Of a stretch of DNA of 44,009 nt, positions 7,843 to 17,635 are shown one piece after another. Source of the stretch: Candidatus Hydrogenedentota bacterium (GTDB lineage Bacteria > Hydrogenedentota > Hydrogenedentia > Hydrogenedentales > SLHB01); assembly GCA_029974275.1 (NCBI GenBank), contig JARKSN010000098.1:1-44009 (forward strand), written 5' to 3'. Numbering within the stretch: position 1 is the stretch's first letter; each line of letters starts with the position of its first letter. A program made the translations under genes and the position numbers. The notes under the pieces are model-generated. The model ran no database searches. It saw nothing but the letters and a program-made list of their open reading frames with translations, and had not been told where the DNA came from.

Positions 7843-9277
7843 CGCCGGCAACGCAGGCCCGACGGCGCTCGATATCGCGTCGGTCACGGAAGACTCCCGT
7901 CGCGTCAAGTCGGGAGGCTTGTTTGTCGCAGCGCGCGGCGAACATGCCGACGGCCACGCGTATGCGCGACAAGCCGTCAACGCGGGCGCCGTGGCCATTC
8001 TCGGCGATCGCGAGGACCTTACGGAACTCGAAGGCGTGCCGTATCTCTTCCACCCGCAGCCGCGCCGAGCTCTGGGCGTCGTCGCGCACGCCCTTCACGG
8101 CGATCCATCGCGACACATGACCGTCATCGGCGTCACCGGCACCAATGGAAAATCGAGCACGGTCACCATGACGGGCCGCGCGCTCGAACGCGCGGGGCAT
8201 CCCTGCGCGGTGTTCGGAACGCTCGGCTATTTCATCGGCAACGAGAGCATCGAGGCGCCGCATACAACGCCTTTCGGCGAGGATCTGGCGAACTTGTTTG
8301 CAAGCGCGCGCGCCGCGGGCATGAGTCACGTGGCGATGGAAGTTAGCTCGCACGCGATCGATCAGGAACGCATCGCGGGCATCGAGTTTCGCGTGGCGGC
8401 CTTCACGAACCTCACCCAAGATCACCTCGACTATCACAAGGACATGGACGCCTATCGCCGCGCAAAGCTGCGCTTATTTGAATGCGTTTGCGGCGTCAAC
8501 GCATTCACGGTAGTAAACCTCGCCGATTCCAGCGCACAAGAGTTTGTTCAGGCATCCAACGTTCGCTGTCTCTCCTATGGCGCGCCACGAGCAGATTGCC
8601 GCGCCGAACACGTGCGCCTGGGCGCCGCCCAGACCGTCTTCACGGCTATGACGCCATGGGGCAAGGCCGATATCGTGCTGCGTCTGGCCGGCCTGCACAA
8701 TGTATCGAATGCGCTCGCCGTGATCGCCATTTGCGGCGGATTGGGCGCGCCGCTCGATGCGATTGCGGAAGGCCTTGCGTCGGTCGAGAGCATAGCGGGG
8801 CGTTTTGAACGCGTGGACGCCGGACAGAACTTCCAGGTGATTGTCGACTACGCGCATACCGACGATGGACTGCTCAACGTGTTGAACGCCGCGCGCGCCA
8901 TCTGCAAGGGCCGCATCATCGTCGTGTTTGGATGCGGCGGCGACCGCGACAAGACCAAGCGCCCGAAAATGGGCATGGTTGCGGCGCAAGGAGCGGACTA
9001 CTGCATCGTCACGTCGGATAATCCGCGATCGGAAGACCCCGAGCGCATCATGCTCGACATCGAGGTGGGCGTGCAACGCAGCGGAAAACGCAAGGGCGAA
9101 TACTACGAGATGATCCCCGACCGATCCGCTGCCATTCAACGGGGCATCGCTCTGGCAAAATCCGGCGATCTCGTGCTGATCGCCGGCAAAGGGCACGAGA
9201 CTTATCAAATTCTTGGCGCGCAACGCATCCATTTCGACGATCGGGAAGTCGCCCGCGCGGCGTTGGAGGCGCGCTGA
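7805..9277 (+). CDS. murE: UDP-MurNAc-dipeptide--meso-DAP ligase MurE
   Basis: GVTGTNGKSS, MEVSSHA, TNLTQDHLDYH, VDYAHT, DNPR (the DAP-specific motif) and AGKGHE. Confidence 0.97.
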   Translation: MHWPQLKKLLGCNAGNAGPTALDIASVTEDSRRVKSGGLFVAARGEHADGHAYARQAVNAGAVAILGDREDLTELEGVPYLFHPQPRRALGVVAHALHGDPSRHMTVIGVTGTNGKSSTVTMTGRALERAGHPCAVFGTLGYFIGNESIEAPHTTPFGEDLANLFASARAAGMSHVAMEVSSHAIDQERIAGIEFRVAAFTNLTQDHLDYHKDMDAYRRAKLRLFECVCGVNAFTVVNLADSSAQEFVQASNVRCLSYGAPRADCRAEHVRLGAAQTVFTAMTPWGKADIVLRLAGLHNVSNALAVIAICGGLGAPLDAIAEGLASVESIAGRFERVDAGQNFQVIVDYAHTDDGLLNVLNAARAICKGRIIVVFGCGGDRDKTKRPKMGMVAAQGADYCIVTSDNPRSEDPERIMLDIEVGVQRSGKRKGEYYEMIPDRSAAIQRGIALAKSGDLVLIAGKGHETYQILGAQRIHFDDREVARAALEAR

Positions 9278-9278
9278 C

Positions 9279-10679
9279 ATGGCATGGCGCTACGCACTCG
9301 ACGAGATCGCGCGCGCTATCGACGCGCCGCCGGCGGGAGTTGATCGGCATGTGCAGTCCGTGTCGACGGACACGCGCACCCTGCGACCGGGCGATCTCTT
9401 CTTCGCGTTGCGCGGCGAACATTTCGATGGCGATCGGTTCGCGGCGGACGCCTTCGCAAGAGGAGCCGTTGCCGCCGTTACGCACAGCCCGCATGACGGC
9501 GGGCCATGCCTGATCGTCAAGGACGCCTTGGCCGCGCTGCAACAATTTGCCACCTATCATCGGCGGCGTTGCGCCATCCCCGTGATCGCCTTGACGGGAT
9601 CATGCGGCAAGACCTCGACCAAAGATCTCATCGCATCGCTGCTGGCCACGCGCTACCGCGTCGTCAAAACCCTCGGAAATCTCAACAACGAAATCGGCTG
9701 CCCTCTCAGCGTGCTGCGGATCGACGGCGAAACCGACTGCGCCGTCATTGAAATGGGCGCAAATCATTCCGGCGAAATCGCGAGACTATGCGAGATCGCC
9801 CTGCCCACGGAGGCCGCGATTACGCTGATAGCCCCGGCGCATCTCGAAGGTTTCGGCACGATCGAAAAGGTTGCACACGCGAAAGCCGAGATACTTGGCG
9901 CGTCGCCGCCCCCCAAAGTTTTCTATGCGAACGCGGATGATCCGTTCTGCATGCAAATCGCGCAGGCGTTCCCAGGAGAGAAGGTGCTGTTTGGACAGCG
10001 CGGCGATGTTGCGCTTGAATCCTTCACGTGGGAGGCGCCCGGCGAAGCCCGCCTCCATGTCCGTCCGATTGGCGATCTGCTCCTGCCGCTTGGCTGCCGG
10101 GCGCACGCGCAGAACGTGCTGCTTGCGATTGCGGTCGGACTGCGTCACGGCATCGTCGACTTTGAAGCGCCGCTGCGTGCGGCGTGCGCGACCGCCACGC
10201 GATTCAAGCGCCTACAAATCGGCCCGCTCGACGTCATCGACGACACCTACAACGCCAATCCCGCGAGCATGGCGGCCTCTCTCTCCGCATTGAAGGAGTG
10301 GCCGCGCGAAGGGGCTCGGATTGCGGCGTTGGGCGATATGTTCGAACTCGGCGAAGCGGCGGCGCCTCTCCATCGCGAGGTGGGCGAAGCGGCGGCGCGC
10401 GCGGGCGTCACGCACCTGTTTGCCGCAGGGGGGCATGCCCATGATATGATTGCCGCCGCCCAAGCGGCCGGCGCGCCCCACGCGGAAGTTCTTGATTCCC
10501 ATCAAGCCATTGCCGATGCGATCCATGCTGTCGCTTCGCCGGGAGACCTGCTTCTCGTCAAGGGATCGCGCGGCATGCGCATGGAGCGCGTGATTCAGGC
10601 GTTGCAGGACAAATACGCGCCAGAAACGCCGTGCGATTCGCCACATTCGCCAGGGCGTGAAGCGCCCTTGAACCCATAG
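9279..10679 (+). CDS. murF: UDP-MurNAc-tripeptide--D-Ala-D-Ala ligase MurF
   Basis: TGSCGKTSTK, NNEIG, EMGANH, DDTYNANP, GDMFELG and KGSRGMRME. ATG 9279 follows the murE stop. Confidence 0.96.
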   Translation: MAWRYALDEIARAIDAPPAGVDRHVQSVSTDTRTLRPGDLFFALRGEHFDGDRFAADAFARGAVAAVTHSPHDGGPCLIVKDALAALQQFATYHRRRCAIPVIALTGSCGKTSTKDLIASLLATRYRVVKTLGNLNNEIGCPLSVLRIDGETDCAVIEMGANHSGEIARLCEIALPTEAAITLIAPAHLEGFGTIEKVAHAKAEILGASPPPKVFYANADDPFCMQIAQAFPGEKVLFGQRGDVALESFTWEAPGEARLHVRPIGDLLLPLGCRAHAQNVLLAIAVGLRHGIVDFEAPLRAACATATRFKRLQIGPLDVIDDTYNANPASMAASLSALKEWPREGARIAALGDMFELGEAAAPLHREVGEAAARAGVTHLFAAGGHAHDMIAAAQAAGAPHAEVLDSHQAIADAIHAVASPGDLLLVKGSRGMRMERVIQALQDKYAPETPCDSPHSPGREAPLNP

Positions 10680-10688
10680 GACCGGAAA

Positions 10689-12137
10689 ATGCTCTACTAT
10701 CTTGCGCTGCATTTGGTGCCGCACCTCAGCGTTTTCAATGTGTTTACCTATTTGACCGTCCGCGCGGGCGCCGCCGCGTTGACCGCCTTCGCCATTTCCC
10801 TCGCGATAGGCCCCACCGTGATTCGTTTGCTGCATAGCCTCAAAATCGGCCAATACATCCGCAAGGCCCATGTCGCCGACTTGCACGAACTCCACAAGAA
10901 CAAGGCCGGAACTCCCACCATGGGTGGCGTCTTGATCCTGCTCTCCACTTTGACGGCTCTCCTCTTGTGGGCGCGTATGAGCAACCGTCTCGTGTTGTTA
11001 GCGGCGCTGGTGCTTCTGGTTCTGGGCGGCGTGGGATTTTTCGACGACTATCTCAAGCTCCGGCGCAAGCAAAATGAGGGGTTGAGCGCCAAGGCCAAGT
11101 TTGCGGGCCAAATTTTCGCCGGATTCATGCTGGGAGCCGTCCTCTACTGCTATCCCATCGCCCTCAGCCGCGGCCATTTCATCGCCGAAGACATCCGGGA
11201 TTGGCGCGGCATGCGTGATGTTGCGGATATGTTGTCCGTGAAAGCCAGCGCCGAAGGCGCGGCGTTGTTGGCGAGCGCCCCCTTGACCGATCCGGGCGAC
11301 CCAGAACAGCAGCGCCGCTTGCTTCACGCCATCAACAAAATCCTGGCAAAGACCGACCTCGCCTCCGGAATCGCTGCGGAGATTCCGCCCGCCGAAAAGG
11401 AACTCGCCCAACTCCTCGCCCGCGGGCCCAGCCAGCTCGACGAGCGCGATCGGCAGCGTCTCAACCGCATGCTCCTCGAACGCCAATTTCCCGCCTCGTT
11501 TTGGCCGAGCACAACGCAAGTCCACACGCGCGTCGAAGTGCCCGGACTGAAATGGGTGCTGATTCCTCTCGGCGCGCTCTACATTCCCTTTGTCATCTTC
11601 ATCATAGTCGGCGCGTCAAACGCCGTGAACCTCACCGACGGTCTTGACGGACTTGCCGCAGGAGCCTCCATCGTCTCCCTTACCGCCTATACCGCCATCG
11701 CCTACATCGTCAGCCGCGCAGATTGGGCCACCTATCTTTTCTTGATACACGTTCCGGAGGCATCGGAACTCACCGTGTTCGGCGCGGCCTTGCTGGGGGC
11801 GGGGCTCGGTTTTCTATGGTTCAACTCGCATCCGGCAGAGGTCTTCATGGGCGACACCGGTTCGCTCGCGCTGGGCGGCGCGATCGGGACAATGGCCGTC
11901 CTGACCAAACAGGAATTGCTGCTCATTCTTGTCGGCGGGCTGTTCGTGATCGAGGCGCTAAGCGTCATGATTCAAGTGGGTTGGTACAAGTTCCGGCATG
12001 TGCGCGTGTTCCGCATGGCCCCCTTGCACCACCACTTCGAACTGCTGGGCTGGTCGGAAACCAAAGTGACCATCCGGTTTTGGATCATTGCCTTGGTCCT
12101 TGCGTTGATGAGTCTCGCCACCCTGAAACTGAGGTGA
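10689..12137 (+). CDS. mraY: Phospho-MurNAc-pentapeptide transferase MraY with a large internal insertion
   Basis: KAGTPTMGG, GFFDDYLK, NAVNLTDGLDGL, FMGDTGSLALG and MAPLHHHFE; 482 aa. Confidence 0.96.
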   Translation: MLYYLALHLVPHLSVFNVFTYLTVRAGAAALTAFAISLAIGPTVIRLLHSLKIGQYIRKAHVADLHELHKNKAGTPTMGGVLILLSTLTALLLWARMSNRLVLLAALVLLVLGGVGFFDDYLKLRRKQNEGLSAKAKFAGQIFAGFMLGAVLYCYPIALSRGHFIAEDIRDWRGMRDVADMLSVKASAEGAALLASAPLTDPGDPEQQRRLLHAINKILAKTDLASGIAAEIPPAEKELAQLLARGPSQLDERDRQRLNRMLLERQFPASFWPSTTQVHTRVEVPGLKWVLIPLGALYIPFVIFIIVGASNAVNLTDGLDGLAAGASIVSLTAYTAIAYIVSRADWATYLFLIHVPEASELTVFGAALLGAGLGFLWFNSHPAEVFMGDTGSLALGGAIGTMAVLTKQELLLILVGGLFVIEALSVMIQVGWYKFRHVRVFRMAPLHHHFELLGWSETKVTIRFWIIALVLALMSLATLKLR

Positions 12138-12141
12138 CGTT

Positions 12142-13494
12142 GTGAATGTCCACGAAAAAAAAGTGACGCTGGTTGGCATGGGCCGCACGGCCCTTGCGCT
12201 CGCGCCCCTGCTGTTGCGCGAGGGCGCTACGGTCTATGTGACCGAGACGAAACCCGCCGACGAGTTCTTCGAGGAAACGAAGATTCTCGACGCACTCGGC
12301 GTTTCATACGAATGCGGCGGCCATACCGCCCGTGCGTTTGAGGGCGCATCCCTCGTGATACCTAGTCCCGGCGTGTCGCCTCGCATCGCGCCCATCGAAG
12401 CTGCGCGCGCCGCCGGAGCGACCGTCATGGGCGAAATGGAATTCGCCTCGCGCCATTGCTCCTCCCGCATTCTTGCCGTCACCGGCACCAACGGCAAGAC
12501 CACGACGACGGAATTGCTCCGCGCGATGGTGGCGGCATGCGGCCACAGCGTCTTGCTCGCCGGCAACAACGACCATCCCCTGTCGGAAGCGGCAATGGCG
12601 GCTCCGGCTCCCGAATTCATCGTGCTCGAAGTGAGCAGCTACCAACTCGAAACGGCGGACGCGTTCCGTCCTTGGATTGGCGCCGTGCTCAACCTGACCG
12701 ACGACCATCTCGCCCGCCATGGCGCGATCGAGGAATACGTCCGCGTGAAAGGCAAGCTGTTTTCCTGCCAAACCGCCGAGGACGCGGCGATCATCAACGC
12801 CGACGATCCGCGGGTGGAGGCGATGGCCGACGGAACCGCCGCGCGCATTTGGCCGTTCAGTCTCACGGCGCGCCAAGAAAACGGTCTGTGGTTCGACGCC
12901 GGCGCGATTCGCATGGGCGGCGAAGAAATCGCCCGAGCGAGCGACATCCAACTGCCTGGACGACACAATCTGCAAAACGCGATTGCCGCCCTCAGCATGA
13001 TGCGCGCCGGCGGCTTCGATTGGGAGAAGACTCTCGAAGGTCTTCGCGCGTTCCGCGGCGTCGAGCACCGCATTGAATTCGTCGCCGAAGCGCACGGCGT
13101 ACAATTCTTCAACGACTCGAAATCCACCAACATCGACAGCCTCAAAGTGGCGCTCGAAAGCTTCTCGGCTCCTGTCGTGCTGATCGCAGGCGGACGCGGA
13201 AAAGGCGCGGACTATCGTCCGTTGCGCCCATTGGTGGCCCAACGCGTAAAGCACATGGTGACGCTGGGCGAGGATGCGCCTTTATTGGAAGAAGCGTTTG
13301 GCGACCTGACGCCTGCGCGGCGTGCTCTGACCATGCGCGACGCCGTGGCGTTTGCGGCTCAGGCCGCCGTTCCTGGCGACGTCGTGTTGTTATCGCCTGC
13401 GTGCGCGAGTTTCGACATGTTCCGAAATTTCGAAGAGCGTGGCCGCGTTTTCAAAGCCTGCGTGCGCGAGCGCCTTCAGGAGAGCCAGTCATGA
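12142..13494 (+). CDS. murD: UDP-MurNAc-L-Ala--D-Glu ligase MurD
   Basis: SPGV, TGTNGKTTT, EVSSYQL, DHLARH, NDSKSTN and LSPACASFDMF. Confidence 0.97.
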   Translation: MNVHEKKVTLVGMGRTALALAPLLLREGATVYVTETKPADEFFEETKILDALGVSYECGGHTARAFEGASLVIPSPGVSPRIAPIEAARAAGATVMGEMEFASRHCSSRILAVTGTNGKTTTTELLRAMVAACGHSVLLAGNNDHPLSEAAMAAPAPEFIVLEVSSYQLETADAFRPWIGAVLNLTDDHLARHGAIEEYVRVKGKLFSCQTAEDAAIINADDPRVEAMADGTAARIWPFSLTARQENGLWFDAGAIRMGGEEIARASDIQLPGRHNLQNAIAALSMMRAGGFDWEKTLEGLRAFRGVEHRIEFVAEAHGVQFFNDSKSTNIDSLKVALESFSAPVVLIAGGRGKGADYRPLRPLVAQRVKHMVTLGEDAPLLEEAFGDLTPARRALTMRDAVAFAAQAAVPGDVVLLSPACASFDMFRNFEERGRVFKACVRERLQESQS

Positions 13495-14639
13495 AAAAAA
13501 CCTCCGTCTTCGCGATCAACGTGGCCTTGGCCCTCGTCCTGGTCGGCGTATTGATGGTATACAGCGCCGCTTCGGTTCAAAGCAGCGATCCCTTCGGCGA
13601 ACTCTGGCGGCAACTGCTCTTTGTCGCCGCGGGACTGTTGTGCATGTTGATCGCCCTGCGCGTGGACTACCACATTTTCACAAACCGACTGGTTCTAGGG
13701 GCGGGAGCGCTCTTCGTCGCCACGTTGCTCGTCCTGGTGCTGCTCATCGGCGACGAAGTCAACGGAGCCCGTCGTTGGCTGTCCCTGTTTGGATTCCGTT
13801 TTCAGCCCTCCGAATTGGCCAAGATCGCGGTCATCGTCCTCGTTTCCGTCATCGCCTCCGAGAACCAACGCCACATCCGATCCCTTTTCAAAGGTTATGC
13901 GCCCCCCATGATCGTGGCCGGGGCCTTTGCCGCGCTTGTCCTCGCGGAACAAGACCTCGGCGGCCCTGTAATTCTCGGCATGACAACCCTCATGCTCATG
14001 ACCATGGCCGGGGCGCGTTGGCTCCATCTTTTCGTGAGCGTGGTTCCTTGCGCCGGCCTCTGCTACTGGCTGATCCGGTCAAACGATTACCGATGGGAAC
14101 GGTGGCAGGTGTACACCCGGCCCTGGGAGTACCGCAGCGACGAAGGGCTGCAACTCATCGAATCCTGGGCGGCCTTCGCCCGGGGCGGTCTGCTGGGTCA
14201 GGGACCGGGAGCCAGCGAACAGAAACTGTTCTACCTTCCTTTCGCGCATACCGATTTCATCATGTCCGTGTTGGGCGAAGAACTGGGATTGGCGGGCACG
14301 CTATTTGTCGTAGGTCTATTCGCGGCGCTTCTCGTGTTGGCCGTGCGGATCGCTTTGTCCGCGCGCGACTTGTTGGGCACTCTCCTGGCCTCGGGAATCG
14401 CGATGTGCATTAGCTTTCAGGCCGCCTTCAACATGGGCGTCGTCACCGGACTTCTCCCCACCAAGGGGCTGCCGCTTCCCTTCATCAGCTCCGGCGGAAC
14501 CGCCTTGATTGTCAACCTGACGCTGATCGGCATTTTGCTCAACGTCGGCATCCAAGCCCGTGACGAGGAGCGCCGACCGGCTCCGGCCATTGTCAAAGCC
14601 CGAGAGCCGCGCCCGGCCATTTCCGCCCCCGCTCGCTAA
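13491..14639 (+). CDS. ftsW: SEDS peptidoglycan polymerase FtsW
   Basis: GARRW, FQPSELAK, AHTDFI, GEELG and PTKGLPLPFISSGG. ATGA overlap with murD. Confidence 0.94.
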   Translation: MKKTSVFAINVALALVLVGVLMVYSAASVQSSDPFGELWRQLLFVAAGLLCMLIALRVDYHIFTNRLVLGAGALFVATLLVLVLLIGDEVNGARRWLSLFGFRFQPSELAKIAVIVLVSVIASENQRHIRSLFKGYAPPMIVAGAFAALVLAEQDLGGPVILGMTTLMLMTMAGARWLHLFVSVVPCAGLCYWLIRSNDYRWERWQVYTRPWEYRSDEGLQLIESWAAFARGGLLGQGPGASEQKLFYLPFAHTDFIMSVLGEELGLAGTLFVVGLFAALLVLAVRIALSARDLLGTLLASGIAMCISFQAAFNMGVVTGLLPTKGLPLPFISSGGTALIVNLTLIGILLNVGIQARDEERRPAPAIVKAREPRPAISAPAR

Positions 14640-14719
14640 TCCGAAACCCCCATAATTTATTGATCCAGGGCGGACGTGGATTCATGGCCACGGCTTCTCT
14701 TGATTGCATACGTTTGTGC

Positions 14720-14748
14720 TGGACTTTTCGCAGAAAATCCCGTATATT
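14720..14748 (+). promoter_or_regulatory. Putative sigma70 promoter of the esterase gene
   Basis: TGGACT, 17 bp, TATATT, ending 25 nt before ATG 14774. Confidence 0.5.
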
Positions 14749-14773
14749 ATGCGTAAGGCAAGACAGTACGACA

Positions 14774-15751
14774 ATGCGCATACTTGTACACAGTATACTT
14801 TTGGCAGGCGCGGTGGCCCTTTTGTGTGTCACGTGCGACACCGCCAAACGAAAGGAACTCGGGGGATCGCCCGCCAAGGCGACGTCATCCGCTGGCGACG
14901 TCGCGGTGAATCCATTTGTCCAAACTCAGGACATCGCCATTGCCGGAGTAGACGGCAAGCCCTTCCACCTGGACATTTTCACGCCCACGGGCGTGCGGAA
15001 TGGACGGGCCATCATCGATGTTGCAAGCGGTGCCTGGTATTCCAATCGCGCCAAAATCAACGAACACAAAATGGCCCAACTCTATTGGCATCTATGCAGC
15101 CATGGTTACGTGGTTTTCGCGGTGCGCCCAGGATCGCAGCCTCAATACACCGCCGAGGACATGGTGCAGAACCTCAAGACGGCCATCCGATGGGTGAAAG
15201 CGCACGCGCTGGAATACGGCTTCGAAGCGGATCAAGTCGGCATTACGGGAGCCTCAGCGGGGGGGCATCTTGCCCTGCTGACCGCTGTTACCCCGGAGGC
15301 CGCTCAGCCGGACGCCCAGGACCTCTTGGCGCGCCAAGACACGCACCTGGCCGCAGTGGGCGTTTTTTTCCCGCCGACAGACTTCCTCAACTGGGACGGA
15401 AGCGTCGGAAACCTGCGTCTTATTGGGCCCATTCTGTTTCGCGATGGATTGAAATCCCATTCAAAAGAAGAGCAGTTGGCTCAGGCAGCGCGCATTTCTC
15501 CCGCGCGCCGCATAGGAGAAGGGCCGTTGCCGCCCTTTTTGTTGATCCACGGTTCCGCCGATCCCGTTGTGCCGCTGCAACAATCGGAGCTTATGACGGA
15601 AGTCATCCGAAAAGCGGGCGGCCAAGCGGAACTCCTCGTAAAGGAAGGCGGCGGCCATCCATGGCTCACCATACCGGAAGAAGTGGCCAAACTCTCTGGG
15701 TGGTTCGACAAGGTTCTGCGCGTTCCGGTCGCGAGCGCCCGCCTTCCGTAA
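14774..15751 (+). CDS. Exported alpha/beta hydrolase (BD-FAE/HSL-like esterase)
   Basis: Signal peptide (possible lipoprotein Cys), GASAGGHL nucleophile elbow, HGSADPVVP (Asp) and GGGHPW (His). Confidence 0.82.
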   Translation: MRILVHSILLAGAVALLCVTCDTAKRKELGGSPAKATSSAGDVAVNPFVQTQDIAIAGVDGKPFHLDIFTPTGVRNGRAIIDVASGAWYSNRAKINEHKMAQLYWHLCSHGYVVFAVRPGSQPQYTAEDMVQNLKTAIRWVKAHALEYGFEADQVGITGASAGGHLALLTAVTPEAAQPDAQDLLARQDTHLAAVGVFFPPTDFLNWDGSVGNLRLIGPILFRDGLKSHSKEEQLAQAARISPARRIGEGPLPPFLLIHGSADPVVPLQQSELMTEVIRKAGGQAELLVKEGGGHPWLTIPEEVAKLSGWFDKVLRVPVASARLP

Positions 15752-15826
15752 CGACTGCGACTTCTCCCAAATCATCGCAAAATACGCATTCTTCTTCGTG
15801 CAGTCGCCAGAGGAGAAATGTCCGGT

Positions 15827-17332
15827 CTATCTGTTTCCCCGGTACAAAAACAGCGAAGGCATGCCGCCAAGACGTCTCTTCTCAAAAGTCACCCCATTCG
15901 CGGTAAGAAATTGTTCCCAGCGATCGAGGCGGTCCCAACGCCACATAACCACCCAGAAGCCATGTCCTTGCCGGTGCGTCGCCTCGGCTTGCTGGAACAA
16001 ATCCTGTTCGCCGCCCAAGACCTCCAGCCGATCTGGCGCGCCGGGCCAATAGAAATGCATGCCGACAAGATTGATATCCTTCAACACGAAGATCCGGTCG
16101 TCAGACGCAGCCTCGGTCGAAATGATGTGCGCCGCCGTCCGGTAATCGGGCCGGAACGGCCCCTGCGCCATCGCCAGCGCCTGATAGCCCATCAACAGCG
16201 CCAGACACAATGTCATGCCTGCGCGCGCCAACCCGCTGCGGATAGCCGCCACGCCGCCGCCCGTCAGAAGATACAGCGCCAACGAACAATACGCCAGGTA
16301 ACGGGCATTCAACGCCGGTTTCCACGCATACGACATCGCCGTCACAAACGCCACAGGCGCCAGCAGCCACAGAAGCAACAACAGATACGCCTCCCGGGGG
16401 GGTACGCGATGCGATGTCGCCTCGCGATTCCCTGCCTCCTCGCGACGCAGCGAAGTCCAGCCCAGCCACGCGACGCACCCGAGGCAGAACAACGCCAACA
16501 ACGCGTCCAAGTTGATCCCTTGCGGCAAGAAATCCGCCGGACTCAGCTGCGATACCCGCCCCCCCGCGTACGTGAGATAGACGTTCGCAATATCGTGGAG
16601 CGACGGTCGGCGATAGAGCGTCACCGTTCTGCCGATGGACTCCGCATCAACGGTTAGCACCCACGCCAGCAGGACCGCGCCCAACCCAGCATGCCCGCCA
16701 ACCCACAGCGCCAGCCGTCGCCTGTCCCGATGGCGCGTCAGAACAAGAAACAAAAACTGCGCCGCCATCAATGGAACGGCAAAAAGGTGCGTGAACGCCA
16801 TCAAGCCATTCGCCGCGCCGTGCAGGAACAGCCAAAGGACCCTCCCCTCCTCGATCGCTCTGATCAAGGCATACATCGAAACCAGGGCAAGAAACGAGAC
16901 CAAGGCATAGGGGCGAAGTTCCTGGCTGTAGTAAATGAGAATCTGCGAGAACGCGCAACACCAACCCGTCACAAGAGCGGCTCGGCGCGTATACAGTCTG
17001 CACGCCAGCGCCATCGCCAACGGCACGATCGCGACGCCAAAAACCAACGGGACCAAACGCGCCGCCAGCACAGAAAGACCGGCGATCCGCGCCCAGTAAT
17101 ATTGCAGGATGAAATAGACCGGGGCCCCCTTCATGAACTGGATCGCATCGTCGGGTTTGGTTTCCGGCGCTTCCAGGTACACGGCGAGCGTCGGGGCGTC
17201 CAGATGATTCCATCCGCAGATTTCGTCGTACCAGGCCGACTCGTGCGGCAGCCATGCCGTACGCAGGAAGAATCCTATCGCGCACACCATTCCCGCCGCG
17301 ACGACATATCCCCAACCCGAGTCAAGCCGCAT
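15827..17332 (-). CDS. GT-C membrane glycosyltransferase (GT39/PMT-like)
   Basis: SAWYDE early-loop motif, APVYF, ARL, YSQELRPY and many TM helices. ATG 17332 has an AAGGA RBS. Confidence 0.8.
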   Translation of the reverse strand: MRLDSGWGYVVAAGMVCAIGFFLRTAWLPHESAWYDEICGWNHLDAPTLAVYLEAPETKPDDAIQFMKGAPVYFILQYYWARIAGLSVLAARLVPLVFGVAIVPLAMALACRLYTRRAALVTGWCCAFSQILIYYSQELRPYALVSFLALVSMYALIRAIEEGRVLWLFLHGAANGLMAFTHLFAVPLMAAQFLFLVLTRHRDRRRLALWVGGHAGLGAVLLAWVLTVDAESIGRTVTLYRRPSLHDIANVYLTYAGGRVSQLSPADFLPQGINLDALLALFCLGCVAWLGWTSLRREEAGNREATSHRVPPREAYLLLLLWLLAPVAFVTAMSYAWKPALNARYLAYCSLALYLLTGGGVAAIRSGLARAGMTLCLALLMGYQALAMAQGPFRPDYRTAAHIISTEAASDDRIFVLKDINLVGMHFYWPGAPDRLEVLGGEQDLFQQAEATHRQGHGFWVVMWRWDRLDRWEQFLTANGVTFEKRRLGGMPSLFLYRGNR

Positions 17333-17513
17333 GCCATTCCTTTCCGCATGTCTCGCCGCGACGGAATCGTTTGCCGCGCGCGAACATCGCGAACTAGGTA
17401 TAATGCCCCGCACACCCGCGACGCAAGGAAAGGGGATCATCGTTCCCAAGGGGGCCGCTTCGGAGGCCGGAAACTCCATACACCGGCACAGTATGCTGGC
17501 GTTCCAGTAAACG

Positions 17514-17542
17514 TTGACAGGCCCGCCCAAGACTGGTACGAT
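17514..17542 (+). promoter_or_regulatory. sigma70-type promoter upstream of the ECF sigma gene
   Basis: TTGACA, 17 bp, TACGAT, with a TGn extended -10. Confidence 0.65.
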
Positions 17543-17635
17543 TGCCAGTGGTCCCGCTTCGGGCGGGAAAAAGGGCGCAAGAGGCCAGCGATCCGGTCTC
17601 GTGCCCGAACGCCAGGACGGGGTGGTTTGAACAGG

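Noticed and set aside
11157..11522. Intein in MraY
   Set aside because: There is no N-terminal Cys/Ser block, no His-Asn followed by Cys/Ser/Thr, and no endonuclease motifs.
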